From positions 32,001 to 96,000 of the IMG/VR virus record IMGVR_UViG_3300033145_000274: a stretch of DNA of 64,000 nucleotides. One strand, 5' to 3'. This DNA comes from a virus. Within the stretch, counting starts at the first letter, position 1; each line of letters starts with the position of its first letter. Position numbers and translations under genes: made by a program. Under the pieces are notes generated by a model that saw only the letters and a list, made by a program, of their open reading frames with translations, was not told the DNA's origin and ran no database searches. Positions 1 to 10,206 of this stretch are shown here, piece by piece.

Positions 1-296
1 TACGCATTACGACATGAGGCCAATATCTCTTCTGGTTTATGTGGAATAGATTCATTAGGTCGAAAGAACTCATAATCTGTACGAGTGAATTGATTACGTA
101 CAGATGTATTAGTATCATAATTCGCATAACGGTCACGTGAACCTATAGCAGAAAATAACCCATCATATGCTTTCAACGCCCTGCCTGTCGCCATGGATAT
201 ATCACCAGCAGAACCCGTAATAAAGGCGCCCTGTGCCGTATGAGCAGGAAAGTTAGTGGGCATGGAAGAAGGAGCTTGGGAGCGCTTTTTTGCCAT
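1..296 (-). CDS. probable portal protein, N-terminal part (runs off the window)
   Basis: Open frame MAKKRSQAPSS...SVRNQFTRTDYEFFRPNESIP, ATG at 296 with GGAG RBS, directly downstream of TerL. Portal identity inferred from position and recalled similarity. Confidence 0.5.
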   Translation of the reverse strand, partial: MAKKRSQAPSSMPTNFPAHTAQGAFITGSAGDISMATGRALKAYDGLFSAIGSRDRYANYDTNTSVRNQFTRTDYEFFRPNESIPHKPEEILASCRNA

Positions 297-362
297 TGAG
301 ATTTCTCCTATAGGCAACGGAATTGGAATGCGAATTCATTTCTATTCAATTATACACCAGAA

Positions 363-2471
363 CTACCCACGACGTACCGCTTTGCCGTAGGCACCCGTGT
401 TTATCTTCGACACCAAATGGTCTGGCCCAACATACATGGCGTTACCCACACCACGTGGTCCACGCCTTTCACCAGCATAGCCACCCACAAATGTGTGTTG
501 AACACCTTCGAGTTTGTTATCCATCACACGAGCCACCATATTGGCCATAAGCAAGGCAGAATATCGGTCTTTACGTAAGCGGCCTTTCCGATTACCTGGA
601 AGTTTCACTTCGGGAGTATCCCATCTGTCTCGACCACCAGTTGTTTGGTCATGGATAATAGTGGCCAATTCATCTTTGAGTTCTTCAATCTCAACAACAC
701 AGTCCTCAAGGGTATCATGGTCTCGTCCATGTATTTTATCTACAGAAATGGCTTCACTAATAGTAGCCGGGTCAAAATACGGAAAGAGCGTGATTTTGCT
801 CTCAAAGTCCTTTTTCATACCATGGTTGGCATCTCGGGTGAAATCAGCTTGCGCAAACTGCACCATGTGTAGGAGATGGTTACCGGCCTCAACATCCGTG
901 GGTTTACCCGGTTTCTCCCACCAAAATACATCAGTATCTCCTTGCTTAATCCATGGCCACAAGGGGCGTTCTCCTCTGGTGGCGTCTAATTCATCATGGT
1001 CATGCAGTGCTTCCATGATAGCAATACCACCACCCTGGGTATCAATGGCAATATGGTTAGTTGGAAACACGCGCATCAAATCACGAATTTTACGAGCACA
1101 ATAGGTATAAAACGACTTACGTTGAGTTTTACCACTTTTTTTGATACGCTCACGAAGTTCTTGACGATTGATAGACCAGCAATATACAATACGACGATGG
1201 TCTGGGTGACACTCCAAAATGACTAGTGCAAAGTTGTCCTGTTCCGACGCTGGGTCAATACCATAAATGTATTCACAATTTGGATTGCCACGAACACCCG
1301 CCGAAAACTGCACATCACCACTCGGTAATCGGATGGGGTCCTTGCATACACACGCTTCAATCAAACTACGCTTAAAGAAACCGTCGCTATCACGAGTAAA
1401 ACATGCACCATATTCCATGTTATAGATGGCTCTATGCACGGTCGCCTTGGCCTGATAGACCTGGGTTTCATCCATAAAACCAAATGGTAGTTTTGGCCAT
1501 GGTATACGAAAGATACTAAATTGTTTCCAGTCGAAACCATCTGGTACAGCACCCTTGAAGATTTCTTCTAACTTGTGAGTATCACCAGCCGATTCAATGA
1601 TTTGTTTGTAGCGTAACCAATAATCGTAAAAATGATTAAAGGCATAGTATGCCGTACCACTTACAATGGTTTGGTTTCCAAAACCAATATCTACTTCATC
1701 CGCCTCAGCGTACATACCCAAAGATTTCAGTACCTTAATACGTGTCATGTCTTTAGAACGCCGTTCGGGACTAGCGGATACCGATGCAAACCCCTTAATG
1801 ACTACTTCAAAAATTTCTAACGGAATGGATGCAAACTCATCGGCAATAGTATAGTGAGCACGCAAACCACGAATCTTTGTACCATCACCCAATGGAATGG
1901 CCACTATCTCACTCTCTCCAACATAGAAATTACAGCGGTCCACATCACGCTTGGGACCTTCATGTCGTCCCTCTCCAATCATATTCCGTAGTATGGGAGA
2001 AGCACGCCAAAATTGTTCCATGTACTCAAAGAGAAGTTTGGACTGTCGAAACGCAGCACCAACCACCACCACCTTACTACCTTGATGAAAAATAGCACGC
2101 AACATGGCATATAGAGATAGAATCCACGTTTTGCCACCTCCACGAGTCGCTATTAACATTGGAAACTTACGCTTCCATAGCTCCTGTAAGATGGTCACTT
2201 GAAAAGGCATTAAACGAATGTTAAATAGCCACTTGCATGTGTAGTAGAAGTATTCAGGCTGGGACATAAAGTCCACAATTTCCAAGACGGGATTGTTAAA
2301 AAGAGCAGCCCTGCCTGAGTCCAATAACATATTGGGTACTTGGGACTCATCAAAATCAGGTGGCAAACCCATATATTCATTGTCAACCATTGCGTCAATA
2401 GCTTCAACAGTCAACAGCTTTTTAGAAATATGTAGTCTACTCTGTGGACTGGGCAGTGTTAACGTGGACAT
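363..2471 (-). CDS. terL: terminase large subunit
   Basis: Walker A LIATRGGGKT, Walker B TIADEFAS, RNase H-like nuclease motif GIDPASEQDNF. Start set at ATG 2471 after GAGGA RBS. Confidence 0.9.
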   Translation of the reverse strand: MSTLTLPSPQSRLHISKKLLTVEAIDAMVDNEYMGLPPDFDESQVPNMLLDSGRAALFNNPVLEIVDFMSQPEYFYYTCKWLFNIRLMPFQVTILQELWKRKFPMLIATRGGGKTWILSLYAMLRAIFHQGSKVVVVGAAFRQSKLLFEYMEQFWRASPILRNMIGEGRHEGPKRDVDRCNFYVGESEIVAIPLGDGTKIRGLRAHYTIADEFASIPLEIFEVVIKGFASVSASPERRSKDMTRIKVLKSLGMYAEADEVDIGFGNQTIVSGTAYYAFNHFYDYWLRYKQIIESAGDTHKLEEIFKGAVPDGFDWKQFSIFRIPWPKLPFGFMDETQVYQAKATVHRAIYNMEYGACFTRDSDGFFKRSLIEACVCKDPIRLPSGDVQFSAGVRGNPNCEYIYGIDPASEQDNFALVILECHPDHRRIVYCWSINRQELRERIKKSGKTQRKSFYTYCARKIRDLMRVFPTNHIAIDTQGGGIAIMEALHDHDELDATRGERPLWPWIKQGDTDVFWWEKPGKPTDVEAGNHLLHMVQFAQADFTRDANHGMKKDFESKITLFPYFDPATISEAISVDKIHGRDHDTLEDCVVEIEELKDELATIIHDQTTGGRDRWDTPEVKLPGNRKGRLRKDRYSALLMANMVARVMDNKLEGVQHTFVGGYAGERRGPRGVGNAMYVGPDHLVSKINTGAYGKAVRRG

Positions 2472-2928
2472 GTTCAATGGTCCTCTTAAAGATATTAGAT
2501 GCCACCTCTTTGCCATTAGCTCCACACAAAACAATATGCACACGATGGTCACACATCATCTCGGTCATTCTCTTTAGAATAAATGGACCACGAAATTTAA
2601 GATAGCGCCATTTGGATTTGGGAATACCAGAACCGACTGGATAATTCAACACGTCGGTCATATTAAACTCCAGCAAAATCCACGGATGCTGGATACCATC
2701 CAGGCGTTCAAGTTCGCGTTGAAAACGTGCTTCCGTAACGTTCTTAGCCCATTCAGAAATACTTCCTTTACGTTCAATAGCCAGAAAATTTTCCATACCC
2801 TCAAGAGTATAATCCCCAGTATCCAATTTGCGCGTATGAGTACCAGCACAATACTTAGACTTCTTCCAAGTCCAACCCTGGTCGGTTTTTTCACGTGTGT
2901 CACGTAATACTACATACTGCGAATCCAT
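2437..2928 (-). CDS. ERCC4-domain nuclease
   Basis: DTRE...LDTGDY...IERKGS motif of the ERCC4/XPF fold. Confidence 0.75.
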   Translation of the reverse strand: MDSQYVVLRDTREKTDQGWTWKKSKYCAGTHTRKLDTGDYTLEGMENFLAIERKGSISEWAKNVTEARFQRELERLDGIQHPWILLEFNMTDVLNYPVGSGIPKSKWRYLKFRGPFILKRMTEMMCDHRVHIVLCGANGKEVASNIFKRTIEHVHVNTAQSTE

Positions 2929-4086
2929 TTATTCATTCCTAATCTTTAATTGCGCTATGTCGGCCGTAACCATGTCTGTAACCAATTGATTAAATGCTAT
3001 TTGTGGTTCCCAGCCCAGCACATTCTGAATCTTATCTGTCTTGCCCTGTAAATGAGGCACTTCTGCGGGTCGTATGAATTCTGGGTCTACGTAGATATAA
3101 TCCTTATAATCCAACTTCATATGGTCAAACACACTAAATGCGCACTCACAAAAATCACGCACACTATGAGACTTACCAGTGGCCACCACATAATCATCTG
3201 GGGTGTCATGTTGAAGCATCATATGCATGGCGCGTACATAATCCTTGGCGTGACCCCAATCACGAGAAGCATCCAGGTTTCCCAGTCGTAATTTGGGGAA
3301 AGAATCCATATCACAGTAAATTTTATACTGAACGGCATTACAAGAAAAGTCCTTATAAGAAGATGCCCCCACTTTGCTTATCCATTGTTGAAACTCTGCA
3401 ACCCACTTAGTAATTTTTCTAGTCACAAAGTTTTCGCCACGCCGTGGGCTTTCATGATTAAACAAAATACCACAACATCCAAATAGACCATAGGCATCAC
3501 GATACAAATTGACAGCTTGGTGCGCAGCCACCTTGGCTATGGCATATGGACTACGCGGATTCAACGGCACGGATTCATCCTGAAACATAATGGTTTCCGT
3601 TTTTTGCGGCCCACCACCAATCATCAGTGGACCAACACGCCGTGTAATAGAGTGGTAATTGTCACCAAACATCTCACTAGTAGACGCCTGATAAAAACGA
3701 GTAGTATCAATATATCCATTTTGGCGTATAGCTTCCAAAAGATTTAACACACCCATAGCCGTACTATCCCAGGTTGCCAACGGCTGTTGAAAACTAGTGC
3801 CCACATGACTCTGGGCCGCCAGATTATATATCTCGTCCGGAGGACTACCAAAGTGTTGTGTAGCCCACGTCAAAACACCAGACATAGATGCATAATCAGT
3901 AATGTCACCTTCCATCAGACGAAATCTTGCGTTATCCATTACACCAGCCAGGCGTTCCGTCGTGTCTGTACTAGAACGCCGTTTCACACCCAGGACCTTA
4001 TAACCCTCAGCTAATAGTAATTCCGATAGATACGAACCATCTTGTCCAGTCACGCCAATAATAATAGCTGACTTATTCTTCATCAT
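2929..4086 (-). CDS. gmd: GDP-mannose 4,6-dehydratase
   Basis: GVTGQDGSYL, NLAAQSHV, YQASTSEMFG, PRSPYAIAK, LFNHESPRRGENFVTRK, RDWGHAKDYV. Confidence 0.95.
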   Translation of the reverse strand: MMKNKSAIIIGVTGQDGSYLSELLLAEGYKVLGVKRRSSTDTTERLAGVMDNARFRLMEGDITDYASMSGVLTWATQHFGSPPDEIYNLAAQSHVGTSFQQPLATWDSTAMGVLNLLEAIRQNGYIDTTRFYQASTSEMFGDNYHSITRRVGPLMIGGGPQKTETIMFQDESVPLNPRSPYAIAKVAAHQAVNLYRDAYGLFGCCGILFNHESPRRGENFVTRKITKWVAEFQQWISKVGASSYKDFSCNAVQYKIYCDMDSFPKLRLGNLDASRDWGHAKDYVRAMHMMLQHDTPDDYVVATGKSHSVRDFCECAFSVFDHMKLDYKDYIYVDPEFIRPAEVPHLQGKTDKIQNVLGWEPQIAFNQLVTDMVTADIAQLKIRNE

Positions 4087-4306
4087 TATCCTCCACATCT
4101 ACTGGTGGTAATATGTCACCTAGATACTCACCAACCGCGTGCGTATCTTCTTGAGACACCACCTCTGGTACAGTAACTATTTCAAATGACCTAGCCGGAG
4201 GCGGTGGGGGAGGTGGCGCAGGCCGATTACTAACATTGAAATTAGCAATAGAGCTTTTATCCACCGTACCAATGGGCTTATTTTTGTTCATTCTGAAGTC
4301 TGTCAT
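4073..4306 (-). CDS. small Pro-rich hypothetical protein
   Basis: In-operon ORF MTDFRMNKNK with RBS. Confidence 0.5.
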   Translation of the reverse strand: MTDFRMNKNKPIGTVDKSSIANFNVSNRPAPPPPPPPARSFEIVTVPEVVSQEDTHAVGEYLGDILPPVDVEDNDEE

Positions 4307-5111
4307 CTTGCAATTCTCCTTCTGGTGATAAAAACGGTTTGTCCATGATGCCATCCTCGAACTCCATGACCTCATTCCAATCATCGCGTGTAATCTGGGC
4401 AGCCATCTTCATTTTCTCTGCTTGATGCCCCTCTTTAACACGACTACGATGTATGTCCAATTCCTTAACAAGTTCAAAAAAGTTATGCCGGCTCTCTTCA
4501 ATCTGCTTAAAACGTTGGTCACGTGAACCTTTTAGGTCACGCAACTTGGCGTCTTTACGCGCCTGATAATCTAAATGTTGTTTGGCCATGGTTAATTTAG
4601 CCGCAGACAGAGAATTAACCTGTGTCTTCCAAGCATTCAAGCTCAAAGCATCGCGGTCCTCAAAAGCCTTGTCCTCTTCCGTAACAATCACCTTTTCAAG
4701 CTCATCCATTAAACGCATGGCATTAGTTTGAGCCGCAATGGCACGCTGAGAAAATATATCAAGCATAATCAGGTCTTTCATCATCAACTCATCTGTAGCT
4801 ACAATATCAGATGAAGACACAAGTTGATTACTATACGACGCCCACGATTGTTCAAAAAACCCAACTTCTGACCCCATAAGGCCCTTTTTTATTTCCACCC
4901 AAAAAATACTTGCATGAAGGCGTGCAACCCAATCACTCTGTTCAATGGTTCGTTCTACAGTCGGTAGGGCCGCTATCTGCCTACGTACTGCATCTTCAGT
5001 ACGCCGCAACTTCATCGCAATTTCCGCCACGGTCATTGTTTCATGATTGGCAGCCACGTATTCTTGCTCAGACCTACTAATCTTACCACGTTTCTTGGTC
5101 GTCGTCGTCAT
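4278..5111 (-). CDS. HTH/coiled-coil protein (possible terminase small subunit)
   Basis: N-terminal HTH-like MTVAEIAMKLRRTEDAVRR, helical body, upstream of terL. Function inferred. Confidence 0.5.
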   Translation of the reverse strand: MTTTTKKRGKISRSEQEYVAANHETMTVAEIAMKLRRTEDAVRRQIAALPTVERTIEQSDWVARLHASIFWVEIKKGLMGSEVGFFEQSWASYSNQLVSSSDIVATDELMMKDLIMLDIFSQRAIAAQTNAMRLMDELEKVIVTEEDKAFEDRDALSLNAWKTQVNSLSAAKLTMAKQHLDYQARKDAKLRDLKGSRDQRFKQIEESRHNFFELVKELDIHRSRVKEGHQAEKMKMAAQITRDDWNEVMEFEDGIMDKPFLSPEGELQDDRLQNEQK

Positions 5112-5712
5112 TTAACATATCTCCAATAATGCTTCGCACAGACGCCACCACCGCATCTTGCTTTGACTTACTCAAGCGAGCGCCATCAAGCAAGCGCATG
5201 TAATCGGCTCTAAGCTCCAATGGTATCTCATCAGAAACACATTGCAACAATTCAGCACGCGATATATGTGTAAATACATCGAGGTCATCAGATGGGATAA
5301 CGTGAGCAACTTTAGAAGCATCGCATGACTCCACTAAACTACGTTTGGCTTGATTACGATAGTACCACCCAGACCATTTAGCACACTCATTCTTATCCTC
5401 AAATTCTACACAACAAGTTTTGTCGGATGAGTTGACGAAACCACAAGATAAGCAAGGAGGTGAGTTCCTGTGCAATTTATTACGTCGTAGGTTGATGAAC
5501 TGATTTCTCACGCACACGCGGAGAAATGTCTTTAGGGAGCAGCCCTTGTCTGGGAGGAAGCTCGGAAGGGCTTCTGTTGCAAATATAAATCCTTCTTGAC
5601 GTAGGTCATCTTCATCATAGTATCCAAAACAAAAATTAGATACAAGACCATTGACGGCATTATATATGTCGTCCAAAACTTGTTGTTCGGTATAGCCTTC
5701 GGGAATATACAT
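5083..5712 (-). CDS. sigma70-family RNA polymerase sigma factor-like protein
   Basis: Region 2-like DEDDLRQEG...SFLPDKGCSLKTFLRVCVRNQFINLRR followed by a Cys-rich insert. Confidence 0.65.
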   Translation of the reverse strand: MYIPEGYTEQQVLDDIYNAVNGLVSNFCFGYYDEDDLRQEGFIFATEALPSFLPDKGCSLKTFLRVCVRNQFINLRRNKLHRNSPPCLSCGFVNSSDKTCCVEFEDKNECAKWSGWYYRNQAKRSLVESCDASKVAHVIPSDDLDVFTHISRAELLQCVSDEIPLELRADYMRLLDGARLSKSKQDAVVASVRSIIGDMLNDDDDQETW

Positions 5713-5829
5713 TAGTCTTCATCATCCGCTTCACTTATAAACAGATTTACATAAGTGGTGGTCTCGTCAGCTTTAGACTGCTTGTAAAGACCTACGATTA
5801 CCCAGTGGGCTAACCGGGGGGTTTCTCTA

Positions 5830-6072
5830 TCAACATTCTCCATGACATCCACCTCTCTTGCTTACTTGTGGAACCATCTCGGCATCGGCTTCTATATCAA
5901 CGTCAAAATCAAAGAACTCTATTTGGAGTCGATTGCCCTTGGCGTTACAGTCCATAAATAGTGAAGTAATGCCCTGAATTAGCTTACCTGTTTCGACATC
6001 CACTACCTCAATAGTGTCGTTTGAATCGGGGGCACAGCTAGGGTTTGCGCAGCTTTGGACTTTTATCCTCAT
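5830..6072 (-). CDS. hypothetical protein
   Basis: ORF MRIKVQSCANPSC with RBS. Confidence 0.5.
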   Translation of the reverse strand: MRIKVQSCANPSCAPDSNDTIEVVDVETGKLIQGITSLFMDCNAKGNRLQIEFFDFDVDIEADAEMVPQVSKRGGCHGEC

Positions 6073-6259
6073 CGTCGTCCTCCGTTGTGGGTGCGAAGCC
6101 CCACTCTTTTGTGTTGCCAACAATAGCAGCTTGGGCAGCCTCGGTTTCTGGGTCGAGAATTTTTAAGTCGTCTTCGACTGCTTGCTTGACATTTTCGTCC
6201 CCTTGCGTGTATAACAAAGAGGGGATAAGTGGTGGTTTGGTCTCACTATCGTTCGACAT
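6038..6259 (-). CDS. acidic hypothetical protein
   Basis: ORF with GGAG RBS, same strand as the packaging block. Confidence 0.5.
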   Translation of the reverse strand: MSNDSETKPPLIPSLLYTQGDENVKQAVEDDLKILDPETEAAQAAIVGNTKEWGFAPTTEDDDEDKSPKLRKP

Positions 6260-6345
6260 ACTAATCTCCTAGTTTGAACTCGGTTTGTGCGAAGCACCAC
6301 TTTATTATACACACTAACACAGTGATTTTTCAAGGAGAATCGAAA

Positions 6346-6573
6346 ATGAATCAGATTTGGAGTCCAATTGAGGAGCAATTCATTAGAGACAATGCCGATA
6401 TCGTAACTGATGAAGTAGGCGCCGCTCAGCTTAGTGCGATAGTAGGCCGTCCTATCAGTATTTATGCCTGGCGGAAAAAGAGGCAGAAGATGGGGTTACA
6501 CAAAGCTCCGGGGAGGGGCGTTTGTAAGGTATTGCAGCAACACCAGCCCATGGCTATGAGGAGAGTAGTATGA
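6346..6573 (+). CDS. small HTH-like protein
   Basis: WSPIEEQFIRDN...AWRKKRQKMGL, AAGGAG RBS. Confidence 0.55.
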   Translation: MNQIWSPIEEQFIRDNADIVTDEVGAAQLSAIVGRPISIYAWRKKRQKMGLHKAPGRGVCKVLQQHQPMAMRRVV

Positions 6574-6833
6574 GAGAACCGAGGTTGTTTAGAGGGCCCA
6601 ACAAAGAGGTTCTGACTGTCGATGTAACGCTATTGCACTTTGGCTTGTGTAAGTGCAGAAGTATTGCAGAAGCGGCTCTAGCGCAAGAGTCAGAACAAGC
6701 TGATATGACGGTTGTGCTGGAGGAAATCATAGATACAGTTCAGACGACCATGCATGATATTGAAGACAGTGCGATGTTGGATGAAGTTCAAGCACTGTTA
6801 GCAGGGGCAGAGGGGGCAAAAGTGGCGGTTTGA
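6570..6833 (+). CDS. hypothetical protein
   Basis: Coupled ATGA overlap with previous ORF. Confidence 0.5.
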   Translation: MREPRLFRGPNKEVLTVDVTLLHFGLCKCRSIAEAALAQESEQADMTVVLEEIIDTVQTTMHDIEDSAMLDEVQALLAGAEGAKVAV

Positions 6834-6899
6834 TTCAGAAGTAGTGGCGGTTATTTCTGAAAATAAAAAGTAGTCGTTTGAATTCTTTGGGGGCTTGCT

Positions 6900-7200
6900 G
6901 CTTTTGCACCCCCCGCGCCCAGCCGGGGGGTATGTACCCCCCCCACCCTCCATTTATACTAACCCCCCTAGGGTTCCCCCCTCCCCCTTACCCAACCCCC
7001 TCCTCCGGGCTATCGACCCCCTCTGGGTATGTACTCACTCGGGACTACTTCCCCCCTCTACGTGAGTATCTCTCTGTGGTGTGCCATCCCCTCTCGATGC
7101 GTACCACTGTGGTATTAGCTTAGAGTACACCGTACCCTATAGCAAATCCCATGCCAATCAAAAACACCGTTTCCCCCCTCCGATGGTTCCCAACGATTTT
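6900..7200. repeat. non-coding poly-C/poly-G tract region with GGGGGG-TATGTA-CCCCCC palindrome
   Basis: Many C5-C8 runs on +; marks the switch in composition and gene orientation. Confidence 0.7.
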
Positions 7201-7478
7201 CCAACCAGGGTAAAATCAACCTAACATGTTGCAGCGAACCAACTTAGGTACTCCATACTTCTGGGGGGTGCTGCTCTGAAAGCGGGGGGTGGGGTGATTC
7301 GGAGGGAAGAAAAACACCGAAAGAAAGATTCTCGAAAGATTTTAACCCGTTGCTACCAAACGGGTTACGACACAAGATGATTCTAGCTTGTTTCCAAGCT
7401 TAGAATAACCGATACAATACAAGGGCGGGCCGACAAAGGCTCGGAACACAACACCACCACAAACCGAAAGGGAACACA

Positions 7479-7826
7479 ATGGCAACCACTACCACTAACA
7501 CACGCAAACTACGGGAAGCTATCTCGGAACTATCGACGGGTTCCGTTACACACACCCTACAGGCCAAACGTGCCCTCCCCAAACGTAGTACGTACTACGA
7601 AAACGTAGCTGAGTGGCACAACCTGTTGGAGGGGGTACTGGAGAATTATGGGTATACTACCGAAGAACCCTGTCCTGCCATTCACACCGACTATGGGCGG
7701 GGTGTTGCCACCCTAGTCATCGACCCCGCCATGGCCAGCCACACCCCCGTACGGGTGTCTTACATCCACTATCAGTGGTATCGGATGCCGTCCCTACGGT
7801 GGGAAGTAGTCTGTTACCCCGCATGA
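7479..7826 (+). CDS. hypothetical early protein
   Basis: ORF with GAAAGGGA RBS. Confidence 0.6.
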   Translation: MATTTTNTRKLREAISELSTGSVTHTLQAKRALPKRSTYYENVAEWHNLLEGVLENYGYTTEEPCPAIHTDYGRGVATLVIDPAMASHTPVRVSYIHYQWYRMPSLRWEVVCYPA

Positions 7827-7901
7827 GGGGTGTACTGCCTAGCCCCCTTGCGAGGGGGCCTGGTTGTACTGTTTTTCAACCCCTCTCAAGGAGTACGAGT
7901 T

Positions 7902-8402
7902 ATGTCAAGCAAAAAAGTGCAGAAAGTCACCCACAGCGAACTGGCCACCCTCTTGGGGAGTCTCAAGGGTGCTACGATTCTCAGCCTCACCTGGACGGGG
8001 GGTGACCCCGCCCGCTACAAGAGGGACCACGGACGGATTACCAAGGTATCCCGCTACAGCGGAATGGTCAATGCCCGCTACGACCGGAAAAAAGCCAAGG
8101 AATTCGGCATCCCCCTCGACCAGGTGGAGACCAAGCCGGTCACCTGGAGGGAGAGGGAGGGCAAGACCCCCATTCTGAGGCATACCATGTATGGCACCCG
8201 CTATGTCGAGTTCTACCCCGCCAGCGGGGGCACAGCGTTCACCCTAGACGGCACCCCCTGCGAGCGGGGCGACGTGAGGGAGTTGCTCAAGCCCCCCAGC
8301 AAGGGTGGACCGGCGGTTGTCTACCGTACCCCCAAGCTGACTAGCATCAGCGGTGCGGTAATCGGTGGTACCACCTATCAGGTGGTTGCTGACCCCACCT
8401 AG
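7902..8402 (+). CDS. hypothetical early protein
   Basis: MSSKKVQK start after AAGGAG, followed by a hairpin. Confidence 0.65.
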   Translation: MSSKKVQKVTHSELATLLGSLKGATILSLTWTGGDPARYKRDHGRITKVSRYSGMVNARYDRKKAKEFGIPLDQVETKPVTWREREGKTPILRHTMYGTRYVEFYPASGGTAFTLDGTPCERGDVRELLKPPSKGGPAVVYRTPKLTSISGAVIGGTTYQVVADPT

Positions 8403-8503
8403 CACGGGGCCAGCGGGTGTCCCCCACAACGGGGGACGCTCGTCCTGCCCCACTACGGTGGGGTAAGACCAGCGTTAACCACCCCCTGACTGAGGAGAAG
8501 AAA

Positions 8504-8890
8504 ATGCCCAGAATGAGTGAAGATGCCCTGCTCGATGCGGCCCTGGCCTCCCCCGATATGGCCCCCTTTGCCATGTTCGACCTAGACCTGGGGGGTATGA
8601 CCGACCCCCAAACGGGTGACCTGGTGTTCCCCGAATTCAACGGCCAATACACCCCCCTCTGGAGAATTACCCAGAATGGGGAAGAGACACAACGCCAACG
8701 GGAGCACGCCAAACAGGTGGCACGTACCCAGACCAGAGCGTTACACCTGGAGAGGGTCAAGGCCCTGGCCAAACGTATCGACGACGGACTCCCCCTATTC
8801 GAGGAAAATGCCCCCCTCGATGAGTGGCACCGCTTCTGGGGTGGTCTTACTCCTACTGAGAAGCTAGCCCAACTCGACATTGAAGACTAG
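8504..8890 (+). CDS. hypothetical early protein
   Basis: MPRMSEDALL after GAGGAG. Confidence 0.6.
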   Translation: MPRMSEDALLDAALASPDMAPFAMFDLDLGGMTDPQTGDLVFPEFNGQYTPLWRITQNGEETQRQREHAKQVARTQTRALHLERVKALAKRIDDGLPLFEENAPLDEWHRFWGGLTPTEKLAQLDIED

Positions 8891-8966
8891 GGGCGGCGAC
8901 CTGCTCCCCCGCAAGGGGGAGTTAGTCAGCGTTCCTTTCACACCCCCTATTTTGAGGAGAAAAGCG

Positions 8967-9362
8967 ATGAAAGCAGAATCCCGGACGTATACCGAAAACG
9001 GGGTACTGGTACACGAGCAAATGGTCCCCCACATGTGGGTGGTCATCAGTACGTACAACCCGTGTCCCACCACCACCCCATGGGACTACTACGGTATGAA
9101 AAACGTACGCGAGATTCAAACGGTACTCCGTAAGGTGGGTATCCACCCCGTCAGTTTGACTACCACTCGTACGCTACTCTACCCCGTTGGTTCTGGGCAG
9201 GGCGGGGCCGTCCGGTTTGGGGATAACATGACCCCCGGTACCTATCGGGTGGCAGTTAAGAAGCACCAAGAGAGGAGGGCACGGTCAGCCCTGGCAGCCC
9301 ACCACGAAGAGGTACTCAACTGGTTGGATGGCACGGCCCCCATGCCCGAGGCATGTCAGTAG
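8967..9362 (+). CDS. hypothetical early protein
   Basis: MKAESRTY after GAGGAG. Confidence 0.6.
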   Translation: MKAESRTYTENGVLVHEQMVPHMWVVISTYNPCPTTTPWDYYGMKNVREIQTVLRKVGIHPVSLTTTRTLLYPVGSGQGGAVRFGDNMTPGTYRVAVKKHQERRARSALAAHHEEVLNWLDGTAPMPEACQ

Positions 9363-9385
9363 GGTACGACCTACCCCCTAGTCTA

Positions 9386-9409
9386 GCCCCCACCACGGGG
9401 GCTTTCTTT
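9386..9409 (+). terminator. intrinsic terminator
   Basis: GCCCCC-accac-GGGGGC followed by TTTCTTT. Confidence 0.7.
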
Positions 9410-9523
9410 ATGTACCACCCCATCCAGGCTGCTGTGGCCCCCCATGAGCGGTAGTCAGCGAGATTGTCTGTCAGTACCTCATAAGCAAGGAAGCATTATC
9501 TTGGAATTATTTGATTTGTGGGG

Positions 9524-9551
9524 TTGCTTTCGACGATATACATGGTATAAT
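9524..9551 (+). promoter_or_regulatory. sigma70-type promoter
   Basis: TTGCTT-N16-TATAAT with TG extended -10. Confidence 0.6.
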
Positions 9552-9725
9552 CCAGTAGTTGAAAGGATACGACCATGCCTGATGGATACAAGCGAAAAAG
9601 AAGGAACCGAGGGGATATGCGGTCACGATTCTACGCCGCATATCGGTCTGCTCGATTTGCTGCCCGTTTTGGTATGGTACGTATTGACGTAGTCCGAATC
9701 TGTGTTACAATCAGGGAGAAAAAAG

Positions 9726-10016
9726 ATGAGCATTAAGTTTCGCGTAGACAATACCGGTCTGGACGTGGATATTCACGTCAATAACGCCGATGAGGGGTTC
9801 TACACCAAGAGTATGTGCTGTGGGGGTATCGAACACCCCCCATTCGTCTCCGTCACATGGGGCCAGTGGAACCACGACATTACCCCCCCCACCAGTCGGA
9901 TGGTTACCATGTACCTCGATAGGGTGGATGTCCTTGAGCTACAAGAGGCCCTTGCCCAGCGATTGGGGGAGTTGGACAAGGCCCAAAAGGAGTACGACGA
10001 GGCCCAAGACACCTAG
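9726..10016 (+). CDS. hypothetical early protein
   Basis: MSIKFRVD after GGGAG. Confidence 0.6.
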   Translation: MSIKFRVDNTGLDVDIHVNNADEGFYTKSMCCGGIEHPPFVSVTWGQWNHDITPPTSRMVTMYLDRVDVLELQEALAQRLGELDKAQKEYDEAQDT

Positions 10017-10032
10017 TCAGCCCCCTCCCTGA

Positions 10033-10068
10033 GCCCTGCTGGCGTTCCCCCGCCAGTGGGGCTTTTTT
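10033..10068 (+). terminator. intrinsic terminator
   Basis: GC-rich hairpin (CTGGCG/CGCCAG core) plus T6. Confidence 0.7.
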
Positions 10069-10197
10069 CGTAAGTGCTTACGTCACAACGACTTACGTCA
10101 AAAGGGCGGCCCCCACATCGACGTAACCCCTTACACAGCAACGACTTACGAAAACCTCAAGTTTATGGGTTGACTTACCGATAACATATGATAGAAT
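10068..10197 (+). repeat. ACGACTTACG-box promoter element, copy 1
   Basis: CGTAAG-tg-CTTACG palindrome, ACGACTTACG at 10088 and 10141, GGCCCCC, TCAAGTT, TTGACT-N16-TAGAAT. Confidence 0.85.
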
Positions 10198-10206
10198 GAG
10201 GACACT

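Noticed and set aside
323-4014. Plus-strand ORFs overlapping terL, ERCC4 and gmd
   Set aside because: Antisense shadows of well-supported genes, with no RBS or motifs. The same applies to most minus-strand ORFs from 7 to 64 kb.
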